A DNA stretch of 64,000 nt, from positions 30,159-94,158 of the forward strand of contig JABWAS010000002.1 in NCBI GenBank assembly GCA_013360865.1, written 5' to 3'. The translations under genes were made by a program, and so were the position numbers. Positions 9,993 to 18,965 of the stretch are shown here, piece after piece (positions within the stretch are counted from its first letter, which is position 1; each line of letters starts with the position of its first letter). The notes below the pieces were generated by a model. It was not told the DNA's origin. It saw only the letters and a program-made list of their open reading frames with translations, and searched no databases. The DNA is from Candidatus Paceibacter sp. Its GTDB lineage: Bacteria; Patescibacteriota; Minisyncoccia; UBA9983.

Positions 9993-10085
9993 ATGGCTAG
10001 AAATGTTCCGCCGCCTCGCTTCACAAGGCGGGTTACATTAAAAAACATCCTTAGAAACAAAATATCATCAGCCAGGAAGAAGTAA
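9993..10085 (+). CDS. candidate small basic protein (30 aa)
   Basis: aaggag SD 6 nt upstream of the ATG. It encodes MARNVPPPRFTRRVTLKNILRNKISSARKK and is followed by a terminator hairpin. The ORF is too short to appear in the ORF track. Confidence 0.25.
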   Translation: MARNVPPPRFTRRVTLKNILRNKISSARKK

Positions 10086-10100
10086 TTTTCCTGGCGCAAT

Positions 10101-10146
10101 GCCCTCCTCCCTGCAATCCCTCTTGCTTGGAGGAGGCTTTTTTCTC
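10101..10146 (+). terminator. Rho-independent terminator
   Basis: cctcctcc ... ggaggagg stem followed by cttttttctc. Confidence 0.5.
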
Positions 10147-10196
10147 ATCGAAGCTCATCGAAGTCCGGTGTCGATGAGCCTCGATGAGATGAGCTT

Positions 10197-10589
10197 CTAA
10201 AAAGTCTCTTCAACAAAAGTCACCAGGAGTTCTCTTTCCCGCGGGCCGTCCAGCTCCACTAAAACAAGTTTTTGCCACTGGCCGAGCAGGAATTTGCCGC
10301 CGCTGACCGGCAAGCTGACGGACTGGCCGACGACGGAAGCCATGATGTGGTCTTTTACATGAGACGGGTCGTGCAAATGCCGGTATTGCAGCTTCGGCAC
10401 CATTTGTTCAAAAGCGTCCAGCATGTCCGAATCAGTGCCCGGATCAAGGTCGGCCACGGCCAAAGCCGCCGTGGTGTGCTTCACGAAAATATTGCACAAG
10501 CCGATGTCCACCGGCAAAATAATTTCCACTTCCTTGGTAATATCCACGATTTCTTTCTTCCTTTTGGTTTTTATTTTAAGAGTTTGCAT
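10197..10589 (-). CDS. YjbQ/UPF0047 family protein (secondary thiamine-phosphate synthase family)
   Basis: 130 aa. Family-typical segments HTTAAL and DHIMASVVGQSV...GKFLLGQWQ. Confidence 0.65.
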   Translation of the reverse strand: MQTLKIKTKRKKEIVDITKEVEIILPVDIGLCNIFVKHTTAALAVADLDPGTDSDMLDAFEQMVPKLQYRHLHDPSHVKDHIMASVVGQSVSLPVSGGKFLLGQWQKLVLVELDGPRERELLVTFVEETF

Positions 10590-10646
10590 GAGTGTATTAC
10601 CCGCTCAAAATAATCTTTCCAATTTTTTTGCGAATTATTGCCATAG

Positions 10647-11126
10647 TTATCTTACCTCATCATCCTTGATGTAGCGGACTTCGTTTGAGCTTACTCTCCC
10701 CTCTCTAAAATCATCTCCCAGTTTTGGAGGTAATATCTTTACATTATCTTCGGGACTTACCCAATAAATTCCGGAAAGCTCATGGGCATGAGAACGGACT
10801 ATTTTGTCGCTATCGATATAATCTTTTCCGTTTAACACCTCAAAGAAAAATTCTAATGGTTGAATATTTTCCGAACTGACAAAAGTGTTTACATATAATA
10901 ATCTTCCGATAACGGGCTTAACGCCAAGTTCCTCTGTTATTTCCCTGCTAAGGCAACTCTTAACATCTTCTCCCCATTCCAAATGGCCGCCAGGCAAGGC
11001 GACATAACCTGAATCAGATGAATGTCGCACTAAAAGCAATTTCCCATCATGGAAGATTATTGCTCTGCACCGTATTACAAATTTTTTAGTATTGTCCGCG
11101 TTCATTTTTCTATCTAACTTGGACAT
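10647..11126 (-). CDS. NUDIX hydrolase
   Basis: Nudix box GGHLEWGEDVKSCLSREITEELGV. The track ORF starts at a TTG at 11177; the ATG at 11126 (MSKLDRK...) is more plausible and avoids overlap with the upstream gene. Confidence 0.65.
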   Translation of the reverse strand: MSKLDRKMNADNTKKFVIRCRAIIFHDGKLLLVRHSSDSGYVALPGGHLEWGEDVKSCLSREITEELGVKPVIGRLLYVNTFVSSENIQPLEFFFEVLNGKDYIDSDKIVRSHAHELSGIYWVSPEDNVKILPPKLGDDFREGRVSSNEVRYIKDDEVR

Positions 11127-11146
11127 CGGATGTCCAAGTGGTTTAT

Positions 11147-11797
11147 TCAGTTTTGTTGACCAACCAAGTTTTTCCAAAGGTTAATCATATTCCTATCCTT
11201 TGCCCAATACTCCAGAATATTATCCCGAAGCTCTTTGTGTTGCGGATAGCCGCCATCAACGATTCCCTCAGGCATCAGGTCCTTGCACTCAATATTAAGC
11301 AAAACTGTAATAGCCTCTTTTAGATCATTATACTTCTGTTTACCAATCTTTTCTTCCCAATCGGCCCCGAAAGCATGCCAAGTATAGAAATGCCACAATT
11401 CATGCATGGATGTTTTTCTGGCGGAAAGCGACTGCGCGGAAACGTAAAAGAAATTATTTTCAATACTGTACGGACAGCGGCTATTTATAGTAAGGTAGGC
11501 CACAATATCGCCAGGAAGAGAAACTCCGAAAATAGTTTCTGCTCTTTTTTGGTATTCACCTGAAATACTATCCCAATCTTTTTGAAATTTTTCCACGCAT
11601 TCGCCAATATTAATTTTATTATCCTTAAGATATTTTCCTATAAAATCGTCCGTCATTTCAGGATTAGGATACTCTCCGTGCATGGCTACAAGTTGCTCAT
11701 ATTGTTTTGTCGGGATTTGAGAATTGCTTGAACTTTTCCCTCTGCTCAACAAGCACCAGATGTCCTTTTCTTTATTGTATGTAAAACTGACTTTCAT
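11147..11797 (-). CDS. hypothetical protein with HExxH-like motif
   Basis: 216 aa with MHELWHFYTWH; possible zinc-dependent hydrolase. Confidence 0.4.
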   Translation of the reverse strand: MKVSFTYNKEKDIWCLLSRGKSSSNSQIPTKQYEQLVAMHGEYPNPEMTDDFIGKYLKDNKINIGECVEKFQKDWDSISGEYQKRAETIFGVSLPGDIVAYLTINSRCPYSIENNFFYVSAQSLSARKTSMHELWHFYTWHAFGADWEEKIGKQKYNDLKEAITVLLNIECKDLMPEGIVDGGYPQHKELRDNILEYWAKDRNMINLWKNLVGQQN

Positions 11798-11840
11798 TCT
11801 ATATATACTAATGACAAATCATGATCTTGGCGAAGGATGA

Positions 11841-11911
11841 CTGCCGGACTTGGATTCGAACCAAGATTAGCGGATTCAGAGTCCGCGGGCCTACCATTAG
11901 CCGATCCGGCA
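11841..11911 (-). tRNA. tRNA-Gln (CTG anticodon)
   Basis: The reverse complement gives a 7-bp acceptor TGCCGGA/TCCGGCA, a T-arm CTTGG-TTCGAAT-CCAAG and an anticodon stem GCGGA/TCCGC with loop CTCTGAA. CCA is not encoded. Confidence 0.75.
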
Positions 11912-11973
11912 ATGTTTACTTTCCTCAAATAATCTAGCAATAAAAACGCCAAAAATCCAGCTCGCCAAAAATT

Positions 11974-12003
11974 AAAGGGGAGTTAATTAACTCCCCTTTT
12001 TGT
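11974..12003. terminator. bidirectional Rho-independent terminator
   Basis: Perfect palindrome aaggggagtt-aatt-aactcccctt flanked by A-run and T-run. It sits just downstream of the minus-strand gene 12025..12456. Confidence 0.6.
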
Positions 12004-12024
12004 TTAGACGCTAGCAAAATATTA

Positions 12025-12456
12025 TTATGTGCTCCGGGCAAGGCGCGAGTTGATAAGTTTATTGTAAAAACTTCTGATTCTTTTTTCTATCAACTCTTTT
12101 TTACTCTTGTCGGCAATTACGGTTTTTATATATTTGTTAAGTTTATAAAAACCGAATATCTCCGCTTTGCCGCCCTCCATAAAACAATAAATTGACATTG
12201 GGTTTATGTCTTCGTGATGCTCGACGCTTATGTGACAGTTTATATCTGCATCACAGCTTATAACTGAAACGATTATTTTAACTCCGCCGTTGATATTATC
12301 GGATGGAATATCCGCGATATAACTGTCTCTAATCTTCTTATTATCATCAGAACGCCACTTAAATTGACCATTTTCCAGAAAACCAATCAGGTCAAGAAAG
12401 AAATTAAACCAATCATCTTTTTCCGCTTTCTCGTCAAAAATTGCAAAAAAATCCAT
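12025..12456 (-). CDS. hypothetical protein
   Basis: 143 aa with no recognisable motif. Confidence 0.4.
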   Translation of the reverse strand: MDFFAIFDEKAEKDDWFNFFLDLIGFLENGQFKWRSDDNKKIRDSYIADIPSDNINGGVKIIVSVISCDADINCHISVEHHEDINPMSIYCFMEGGKAEIFGFYKLNKYIKTVIADKSKKELIEKRIRSFYNKLINSRLARST

Positions 12457-12589
12457 AACTATTCCCTCCGGTATTTGTTTTGGTTCAAAAATAAAAATAC
12501 TGTCAGCTTAACCCAAAACTAACAGATTAAAACCCAGAAGCAAAGGCATGGCCTTTACTATAAGCCATACGCCGTTTGCCATTTGCTAT

Positions 12590-13519
12590 CTATATCTTCA
12601 AATACCTCCTGATGGCGATGAGGCTGGAGAGGGCGCAGGTGAGGATGCCGATGCCCAGAAGCAGAATAAATATCTGGCCGAAGTTGGCGATGTAATATTC
12701 GCGCAGGCTGACGCCGGAGAAAAAGTTGACGATTTTCGGGTCAAGCCAAAGCGCGAACGGATAAAACAAAATCATGGCGATGATAGCCGAGAAAAATCCG
12801 TACATCATCCCCTCCACCACAAACGGCCCGCTGGCGAAGCGGTTGCTGGCGCCGACCAACTTCATAACCTCCACTTCTTCGCGCGATGAATAAATGGCCA
12901 GCCGGATGGTGTTGAAAGTTATGAGCATGGAGATAAAAACCAGAATAAGGCTGACGGCCAGGCCGATGTTTTTGGCCGAGTCCATTATCGTAATCAGCCG
13001 GTCTATGACTTTCTTGTTTTGGTAGTAGTTCACTTTGTCTATGGAAGAATCGCCCAACGGCCCGCTTTTGCCCTCCAGAAACTTCGCCACCGAGCCGTAT
13101 TGGGAAACTTCTTTGGTTTTGATGTTGAGCGCCGCTCCGAGCGGATTGCCGTCCAACTCATCCAGCGACTGCATTATGGTGGCGTTGTCTTTATGCCTTG
13201 TTTTGAATTCCTCCAGCGCCTGCGCGGCGGAAATGTATTCCACGCTTTTCACCTCGTCCAGTTTGGAAACGGCGTCTTTGACGGCCGTTATTTCCGCTTC
13301 GTCAGCGTCCGTTTTGAAGTAAACAGTTATGTCAACCTTATCCTGAACGTGGGCCAGCATTGAGCCCATTATTGCCCGGGAAAAAACGATGGAGCCGATA
13401 GTAAAAAGAGTTATCACAACGATAAGTATGGCGGCCAAAGAAACCCAGCCGTTGCGCCAGAAGTTTATAAACCCGCCCTTTATCACCCTTTTTGCTTTAG
13501 TAATGATCATTTTCCCCAA
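12590..13519 (-). CDS. ftsX: cell division permease FtsX
   Basis: 309 aa with one N-terminal TM, a periplasmic domain and three C-terminal TMs. It lies immediately downstream of ftsE. Confidence 0.8.
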   Translation of the reverse strand: MGKMIITKAKRVIKGGFINFWRNGWVSLAAILIVVITLFTIGSIVFSRAIMGSMLAHVQDKVDITVYFKTDADEAEITAVKDAVSKLDEVKSVEYISAAQALEEFKTRHKDNATIMQSLDELDGNPLGAALNIKTKEVSQYGSVAKFLEGKSGPLGDSSIDKVNYYQNKKVIDRLITIMDSAKNIGLAVSLILVFISMLITFNTIRLAIYSSREEVEVMKLVGASNRFASGPFVVEGMMYGFFSAIIAMILFYPFALWLDPKIVNFFSGVSLREYYIANFGQIFILLLGIGILTCALSSLIAIRRYLKI

Positions 13520-13549
13520 GATTTTAGATTTTATTTTTTAGATTTTAGA

Positions 13550-14230
13550 TTACACATGGTATTTCCCCTTCTTATCATCCCTTATCACCTTTCCCTTTTC
13601 AAGCGTTATGACCCTTTTCCCCAGCGAATCTATAATGGACTTGTTGTGCGTCGCCAGCAACACGGTAGTGCCAAGTTTGTTTATCTTCTCCAGAATACTT
13701 ACAACCTCCGCGGCGTTGCGCGGGTCAAGGTTGCCCGTCGGCTCGTCGGCAATTATAACATCGGGGCGATTGACGATGGCCCGGGCGATGGCCACGCGCT
13801 GACACTCCCCGCCGGAAAGCTCGTTGGGAAACCGCGAGGCTTTGTCCACCAGATCCACCAACTCCAGCACGTATGGCACGCTGTCTTCTATTTCCGCCGG
13901 AGTCTTGCCGGCCGCCTCCATGGCGAAAGCCGCGTTTTCGTAAACGGTTTTATTGGAAAGCAGGCGGAAGTCCTGGAAAACCGTGCCGATTTTTCTCCGC
14001 AGCAAAGGCATCTTTTTCCGAGACAGAGAATGAACATTGACCGACTCAAAATACACCGTTCCGGAAGACGGGCATTCCTCGGCCAGAAGCAGTTTCAATA
14101 AAGTGGTCTTGCCAGCGCCGGACTGGCCGACCAAAGAAGCAAACTCACCCTGCTCCACCGATAAACTCACCTCGTCTAAAGCGACGGAGTTGGGTGAATA
14201 AATTTTGGAAACTTTATCAAAAAAAATCAT
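13550..14230 (-). CDS. ftsE: cell division ATP-binding protein FtsE
   Basis: Walker A GQSGAGKTT, ABC signature LSGGECQR and Walker B IIADEPT. 226 aa. Confidence 0.85.
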   Translation of the reverse strand: MIFFDKVSKIYSPNSVALDEVSLSVEQGEFASLVGQSGAGKTTLLKLLLAEECPSSGTVYFESVNVHSLSRKKMPLLRRKIGTVFQDFRLLSNKTVYENAAFAMEAAGKTPAEIEDSVPYVLELVDLVDKASRFPNELSGGECQRVAIARAIVNRPDVIIADEPTGNLDPRNAAEVVSILEKINKLGTTVLLATHNKSIIDSLGKRVITLEKGKVIRDDKKGKYHV

Positions 14231-14362
14231 CCCGGTTAGTACAAATTATGATTGCTTATAAATTTGGTTACATTACGCACACCCTTTATCTAACCCGCAG
14301 TGAGCAAATTATGATTAAGCTTTATTTTCGCGAAAAATTTAATCATAATTTGTCCTACCGGG
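14231..14362. repeat. MITE-like inverted-repeat element, family 1, copy 2
   Basis: It begins cccggttagtacaaattatgattgc immediately after the ftsE ATG and ends atcataatttgtcctaccggg immediately before the prfB stop. It fills the whole intergenic gap. Confidence 0.6.
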
Positions 14363-15238
14363 TCATATACCCTTCTCCGCTTCTATAAATTCATCCAGCT
14401 CCCCTTCCAGCACCGCGTCCACGTTACCCGTCTCGACATTCGTCCGGTGGTCCTTCACCATCTTATACGGATGCACAACATAAGACCGTATCTGATGCCC
14501 CCACTCGGCTTCCACCGTCTTGTTTATCCGTAAAGCGTTTTTCTCTTTCTCCTGTTCTTTTATCATTATACTATACAACTTGGCTTTGAGAATCTGCATT
14601 GCCCGTTCTTTGTTTTGCGCCTGCGACCTTTCAGCGTCCGCGTGGATGGCGACGTTGGTGGGCAAGTGGACTATTCTCACGGCCGTTTCTCTTTTGTTCA
14701 CGTTTTGGCCGCCCGCTCCGCCTGATCTCATTAAATCAACCCTGATATCCTTCTCGTCTATCCTTACTTCTTCCGGCGCCACGAATTTGGGCACCACCTC
14801 CAGCAAGGCAAAGGAAGTGTGGCGCAACTTTTTGGCGGAAAAGGGCGAAACGCGGACAAGCCGGTGCACGCCCGCTTCTTTTTTAAGCGTTCCGTAGGCT
14901 GATTTGCCGTCAATTTCAAAAGTGATGTTTTTATACCCTCCGTGCTCGCTTTTGTGCTCATGCAAGACAAAAACTTCCCAGCTTTTTTTCCGGGCGAACT
15001 TCAGATACATTTCAAAAAGCATTCTCACCCAGTCTTCCGCGTCGTCGCCGCCCGCTCCGGCAAACAAGGTCAAAACCGCGTCGCCCTTGTCGTACTTGCC
15101 GACACCGGCCGCTTTTTCTTTAAGTTCGTTAAGTTCTTTCACCGCTTCCTGCGCTTTTATCTTATCCTGCCAAAAATCGGGTTTTTGCATTTCCGCTTCC
15201 AGCACGGCTATTTTATTCTTAATTTCTTCTTTTTCCAT
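14363..15238 (-). CDS. prfB: peptide chain release factor 2
   Basis: SPF tripeptide (VRVSPFSAKK), GGQ motif (SGGAGGQNVNK) and AGAGGDDAEDW. 291 aa, without the extreme N-terminal segment. Confidence 0.8.
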   Translation of the reverse strand: MEKEEIKNKIAVLEAEMQKPDFWQDKIKAQEAVKELNELKEKAAGVGKYDKGDAVLTLFAGAGGDDAEDWVRMLFEMYLKFARKKSWEVFVLHEHKSEHGGYKNITFEIDGKSAYGTLKKEAGVHRLVRVSPFSAKKLRHTSFALLEVVPKFVAPEEVRIDEKDIRVDLMRSGGAGGQNVNKRETAVRIVHLPTNVAIHADAERSQAQNKERAMQILKAKLYSIMIKEQEKEKNALRINKTVEAEWGHQIRSYVVHPYKMVKDHRTNVETGNVDAVLEGELDEFIEAEKGI

Positions 15239-15278
15239 CCGTTAAATTATATCTTTTTAAGATAATTGGGCAACGCTT

Positions 15279-15324
15279 AAACTTGGAAGCCAAACTTCCA
15301 ATTGGAAGTTTGGCTTCCAAGTTT
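15279..15324. promoter_or_regulatory. 46-bp perfect palindrome in the prfB / PBP divergent intergenic region
   Basis: aaacttggaagccaaacttccaa|ttggaagtttggcttccaagttt. The two 23-bp arms are exact reverse complements with no spacer. Each arm also holds a ggaag...cttcc sub-hairpin. Confidence 0.5.
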
Positions 15325-15349
15325 TGACATCGGATGTCGGTTTTGATTT

Positions 15350-16378
15350 TTGTCCATCGGTTGTTGTTGTGCTAGCATAAAAACAATGGAAACACCGGAG
15401 AAAAATAGAGGAAATTTATCCTTGGAAAAAGGCATTTTCGCCTTTTTGCTGATTCTGGCCATGGCGGCGCCGGCTCTTTACTCGGTGAAAAATTTCGGGC
15501 AAAAACTCTCGGCGGCTTCGCTTTTAGCCAAAACAAACAAACAGGAAACATCAAATTCATGGCTGCCAGTTAAAAAAGAAAACGCCGGCGCGCCGGAATT
15601 GTCCTCTTTGTCTTATCTTTCCGCTTTCATAGGCAACGTCGGAGAAGTAAAAATATTGGCGGAAAAAAACGCCTACGACCAACTGCCCATAGCCAGCGTC
15701 ACCAAGCTGATGACGGCCATGGTCGCCGCGGATTCTCTTGATATGGAGCAAATAATAACCATGGACAGCAGAAATATTTTGAAAGAAGAGGGCTCCAAAA
15801 GATTTAACGCCGGAACGAAATTCAAAGCCAAAGAACTGCTTCACGCCATGCTGGTAGAATCCAACAACGACGCGGCGGCGGCTTTCATGGAAGAAGTCGG
15901 CAAAACCAAATTTATTGAACAGATGAACCTGAAAGCTAAACAATTAAACTTATTATCAACGTATTTTAACAACCCCGTTGGACTTGATCCAAAAGACATC
16001 CGCGACGAGCTTAACTACTCCACCGCGGCCGACCTCTTGGCGATAGCAAAAGAGGTAAAAGAAAATTACCCGCAAATTTTGGAGATTACTTCCCTGCCGG
16101 AATACAATGTCCACAACAGCGACGGCTGGTTCAATCACGTAGCCGTAAGCACCGACAAACTGCTTGCTTCCAACGAGCTGGCTTGCGACGGCGCGCCGCT
16201 GAAAATTTTGGGCGGCAAAACCGGCTCCACTGATTTAGCAAAAAAGAATCTGGTTTTAATTACGGGATCGCCAAATCCCGAAGGTTATCTCATAAACATC
16301 GTCTTAAGTTCGGACGATAATTTTGAAGACACCAAGAAACTGGCGCGGTGGATGTGCGAATCTTATCAATGGCGGTAA
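15350..16378 (+). CDS. S11-type penicillin-binding protein (D-alanyl-D-alanine carboxypeptidase)
   Basis: Canonical SxxK (PIASVTK), SxN (VESNNDAAA) and KTG (GGKTGST) motifs. The real start may be the METPEKN ATG at 15386. Confidence 0.75.
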   Translation: MSIGCCCASIKTMETPEKNRGNLSLEKGIFAFLLILAMAAPALYSVKNFGQKLSAASLLAKTNKQETSNSWLPVKKENAGAPELSSLSYLSAFIGNVGEVKILAEKNAYDQLPIASVTKLMTAMVAADSLDMEQIITMDSRNILKEEGSKRFNAGTKFKAKELLHAMLVESNNDAAAAFMEEVGKTKFIEQMNLKAKQLNLLSTYFNNPVGLDPKDIRDELNYSTAADLLAIAKEVKENYPQILEITSLPEYNVHNSDGWFNHVAVSTDKLLASNELACDGAPLKILGGKTGSTDLAKKNLVLITGSPNPEGYLINIVLSSDDNFEDTKKLARWMCESYQWR

Positions 16379-16380
16379 TT

Positions 16381-18201
16381 TTATTCCACCGTCACTGATT
16401 TAGCCAAATTTCTAGGTTTGTCCACATCAATTCCTTTGTAATCGGCGATATAATAAGCCAGCAACTGAAGAGGTATTGTATTAATTATCGGAGAAATGTT
16501 ATCGCTTGATTTCGGCACCTTGATTATAAAATCAGAAAGTTTGCTTATTTTATCGTCTTCTTCGTTGGTTATGGCGATAATTATCCCTTTTCTGGCTTTT
16601 ATTTCTTCCATATTGCTTAAAATCTTTTCGTAGGTTTTGTCTTTTGGAGAAATGAAGACCACTGGCATATTTTCATCAATCAAGGCGATCGGACCATGCT
16701 TCATCTCGGCGGCAGGATAGCCTTCCGCGTGTATATAGGAAATTTCTTTGAGTTTTAACGCGCCTTCCAAAGCCACCGGAAAATTAACACCTCGCCCGAG
16801 GTAAATAAAATTCTTGCTGTCTTTTAATTTTCGAGCTATTTTCTTTATTTCATCTGCCTGGCTTAAAACTTCTTTTATTTTCTCCGGAATAATTTCCAGC
16901 TCTTCCAGTATTTTTTTATCAAGACTCATTTTCTTTTCCTGCTTTATATACAAAGCCAAAATAAACAAAGCAACAATCTGACAACTGAAGGCCTTAGTGC
17001 TGGCTACTCCGATCTCCGAACCGGCGTGAAGATATATCCCCAAACCGGATTCTCGGGCTATAGTTGAGCCGACAACATTTACAATACCCAGGGTTTCAGC
17101 GCCCTTGCTTTTTGCTTCCGCCAAAGCGGCCAATGTGTCGGCGGTTTCTCCCGATTGAGAAATGGTTATGAATAAATCTCCTTTTTTTATTATCGGATCC
17201 CTGTATCTGAACTCAGAAGCGTAATCAACCTCCACCGGGATTCCGGTCTCGCGTTCTAAAACAAATTTTCCAATGAGCGCCGAATGCCAACTTGTCCCGC
17301 AGGATGTTATTATTATTCTTTTTATTTTTTCCGGTTTGATATTAAGCGTCAACCTTATTTTGTTTTTCCTTATCCTGCCTCTCAAGGTATTGTTTACGGC
17401 TTCCGGCTGTTGAAATATTTCTTTTAGCATAAAATGTTTGAATCCTCCTTTTTCTATTTCCTCCAAATCCCAGTTTATGCTATGGATTTTTTTATCCATA
17501 CTTTTGCCGTTTATATTTTTTATTGTCCAGTTTTTGTCTGTTATAACAGCCAACTCGTTTTCGCCCAGATAAATTATCTTGCGAGTCCTGTTAAGCATGG
17601 CGGATATATCCGAACTCACAAAGTTTTCTCCCTTACCCGCTCCGATAACAAGCGGAGAGCCTTTCCTGGCGGCTATTATTTTATTTTCGTTTTTATGCAC
17701 AATCGCCAAGCCGTACGCTCCTTCCAACAAGGGCAATGTTTTTGCCACCGCCTTTTCCAAATCCCCATCGTAAAACTTTTCCACCAAATGAGCGACCACT
17801 TCCGAATCGGTTCGGGAAACAAATTTGTGCCCCTCCTTTTGGAGCAGCACTTTCAAAGTTTGATAATTTTCTATAATGCCGTTATGAACAACCGCGATTT
17901 CTCCCTTGCAATCCAGATGAGGGTGAGAATTTGTTTCATTTGGCTCACCGTGCGTCGCCCACCTTGTGTGAGCTATGCCGAAATTCATTTTTGTTTTGCC
18001 GGAAAACGCGCTTGCCAGATTAAACCGCGCGGCTTTTTCCAGTTCTTCTATTTTTCCCTTCCGCTTTAACACGGTCAATTTTTTTCCGTCAGACACGCAA
18101 ATGCCGGCACTATCGTAACCCCTGTATTCCAACTTTTTTAAACCGTCAACGAGTAAAGGAATGATATTTTTATTACCGATATATCCAAAAATTCCACACA
18201 T
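16381..18201 (-). CDS. glmS: glutamine--fructose-6-phosphate aminotransferase
   Basis: MCGIFGYIG N-terminal nucleophile Cys, followed by two SIS domains. 606 aa. Confidence 0.9.
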   Translation of the reverse strand: MCGIFGYIGNKNIIPLLVDGLKKLEYRGYDSAGICVSDGKKLTVLKRKGKIEELEKAARFNLASAFSGKTKMNFGIAHTRWATHGEPNETNSHPHLDCKGEIAVVHNGIIENYQTLKVLLQKEGHKFVSRTDSEVVAHLVEKFYDGDLEKAVAKTLPLLEGAYGLAIVHKNENKIIAARKGSPLVIGAGKGENFVSSDISAMLNRTRKIIYLGENELAVITDKNWTIKNINGKSMDKKIHSINWDLEEIEKGGFKHFMLKEIFQQPEAVNNTLRGRIRKNKIRLTLNIKPEKIKRIIITSCGTSWHSALIGKFVLERETGIPVEVDYASEFRYRDPIIKKGDLFITISQSGETADTLAALAEAKSKGAETLGIVNVVGSTIARESGLGIYLHAGSEIGVASTKAFSCQIVALFILALYIKQEKKMSLDKKILEELEIIPEKIKEVLSQADEIKKIARKLKDSKNFIYLGRGVNFPVALEGALKLKEISYIHAEGYPAAEMKHGPIALIDENMPVVFISPKDKTYEKILSNMEEIKARKGIIIAITNEEDDKISKLSDFIIKVPKSSDNISPIINTIPLQLLAYYIADYKGIDVDKPRNLAKSVTVE

Positions 18202-18219
18202 TGCTTTATTTTAGATTTG

Positions 18220-18480
18220 TTATTTACTTTCTCCAACCAAAGAAATACAGTTATCAAGAATACCGCTCAACTCGTTTCTCGCGGAATCATCTACGGTTGT
18301 TCCCGCCGGATGTTTTTGCCTCCATTCTTCCACCTTTTCATTGCAAGAGCGAATGTTATTAACGGCTTGGTCAATTAAAGAAGTAACCGGCTTTCTCGCT
18401 TCTCTTAAAACAAACACGAGCAACGCCACAATAACGATCAAAAGTCCTATTATAATGTAAAAATGTCTATCTTTATTCAT
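18220..18480 (-). CDS. small membrane protein
   Basis: 86 aa with a single TM helix (IIIGLLIVIVALLVFVL). Confidence 0.35.
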   Translation of the reverse strand: MNKDRHFYIIIGLLIVIVALLVFVLREARKPVTSLIDQAVNNIRSCNEKVEEWRQKHPAGTTVDDSARNELSGILDNCISLVGESK

Positions 18481-18567
18481 TTTTGATTTTGTTTAATTTT
18501 TAAATCTATTGGGTGACCTTTTTATATTCTTATTAGGTTATTGCAAGAATGATTAAAATTTCATTAA

Positions 18568-18654
18568 CGGAGGAGGTGGGATTCGAACCCACGGTACCAT
18601 TTCTGATACACAGACTTTCCAGGTCTGCCGATTAAACCGCTCTCGCACTCCTCC
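18568..18654 (-). tRNA. tRNA-Ser (GGA anticodon), long variable arm
   Basis: The reverse complement gives acceptor GGAGGAG/CTCCTCC and a T-arm GTGGG-TTCGAAT-CCCAC. Anticodon stem is CAGAC/GTCTG with loop CTGGAAA. About 87 nt, a type II tRNA. Confidence 0.7.
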
Positions 18655-18694
18655 AATTCTTTCCAATTGTGGCACAAAAAGCCAAAAAAATAAA

Positions 18695-18752
18695 GCCGCA
18701 AAATTTAAAAGCCATTAGCTTGCTATATACATAAATGCAAGCTAATGGCTTT
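18695..18752 (-). terminator. Rho-independent terminator downstream of the small ORF 18756..18965
   Basis: 16-bp perfect stem aaagccattagcttgc / gcaagctaatggcttt with a 13-nt loop. A T-rich tract follows on the minus strand. Confidence 0.55.
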
Positions 18753-18755
18753 AGA

Positions 18756-18965
18756 CTACCACGGAGCATGAAACCCCCTTTCTTTTGCTTTTTTAAGAAA
18801 AAGTTCCAGGTATTCCTCCTCTGTCAAAACTTCTTGAGAATAGCTTGGGTCTGCGGGTATTGGGAACCTCGCAAAGTGGTCTTGCCAACACTTGAACCAG
18901 CTCAGAAAAAAATTTTCTGGCACCTCATATTTATTAAATGCCGCGATTATTTTTTCCTTAACCAT
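18756..18965 (-). CDS. small hypothetical protein
   Basis: 69 aa. A good SD (aaggagac) sits upstream of the ATG and the gene is followed by the terminator. Confidence 0.45.
   Translation of the reverse strand: MVKEKIIAAFNKYEVPENFFLSWFKCWQDHFARFPIPADPSYSQEVLTEEEYLELFLKKAKERGFHAPW

Noticed and set aside
11147-11177. Track start of the NUDIX ORF at 11177.
   Set aside because: The codon there is TTG and it would overlap the upstream gene by 31 nt. An internal ATG at 11126 is the more plausible start.
14363-15330. Search for a programmed +1 frameshift (CUU UGA C) and upstream N-terminal ORF for prfB.
   Set aside because: No such site or ORF is present. The candidate upstream ORF 15277..15462 lies over the palindrome and shows no RF2-like sequence.
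11117-15338. Shared 13-mer GACATCGGATGTC (palindromic) at 11121-11133 and 15326-15338, both next to CCAAG/CTTGG.
   Set aside because: About 30 chance 13-mer matches are expected in 64 kb and the flanks do not align further, so this is not treated as a repeat family.
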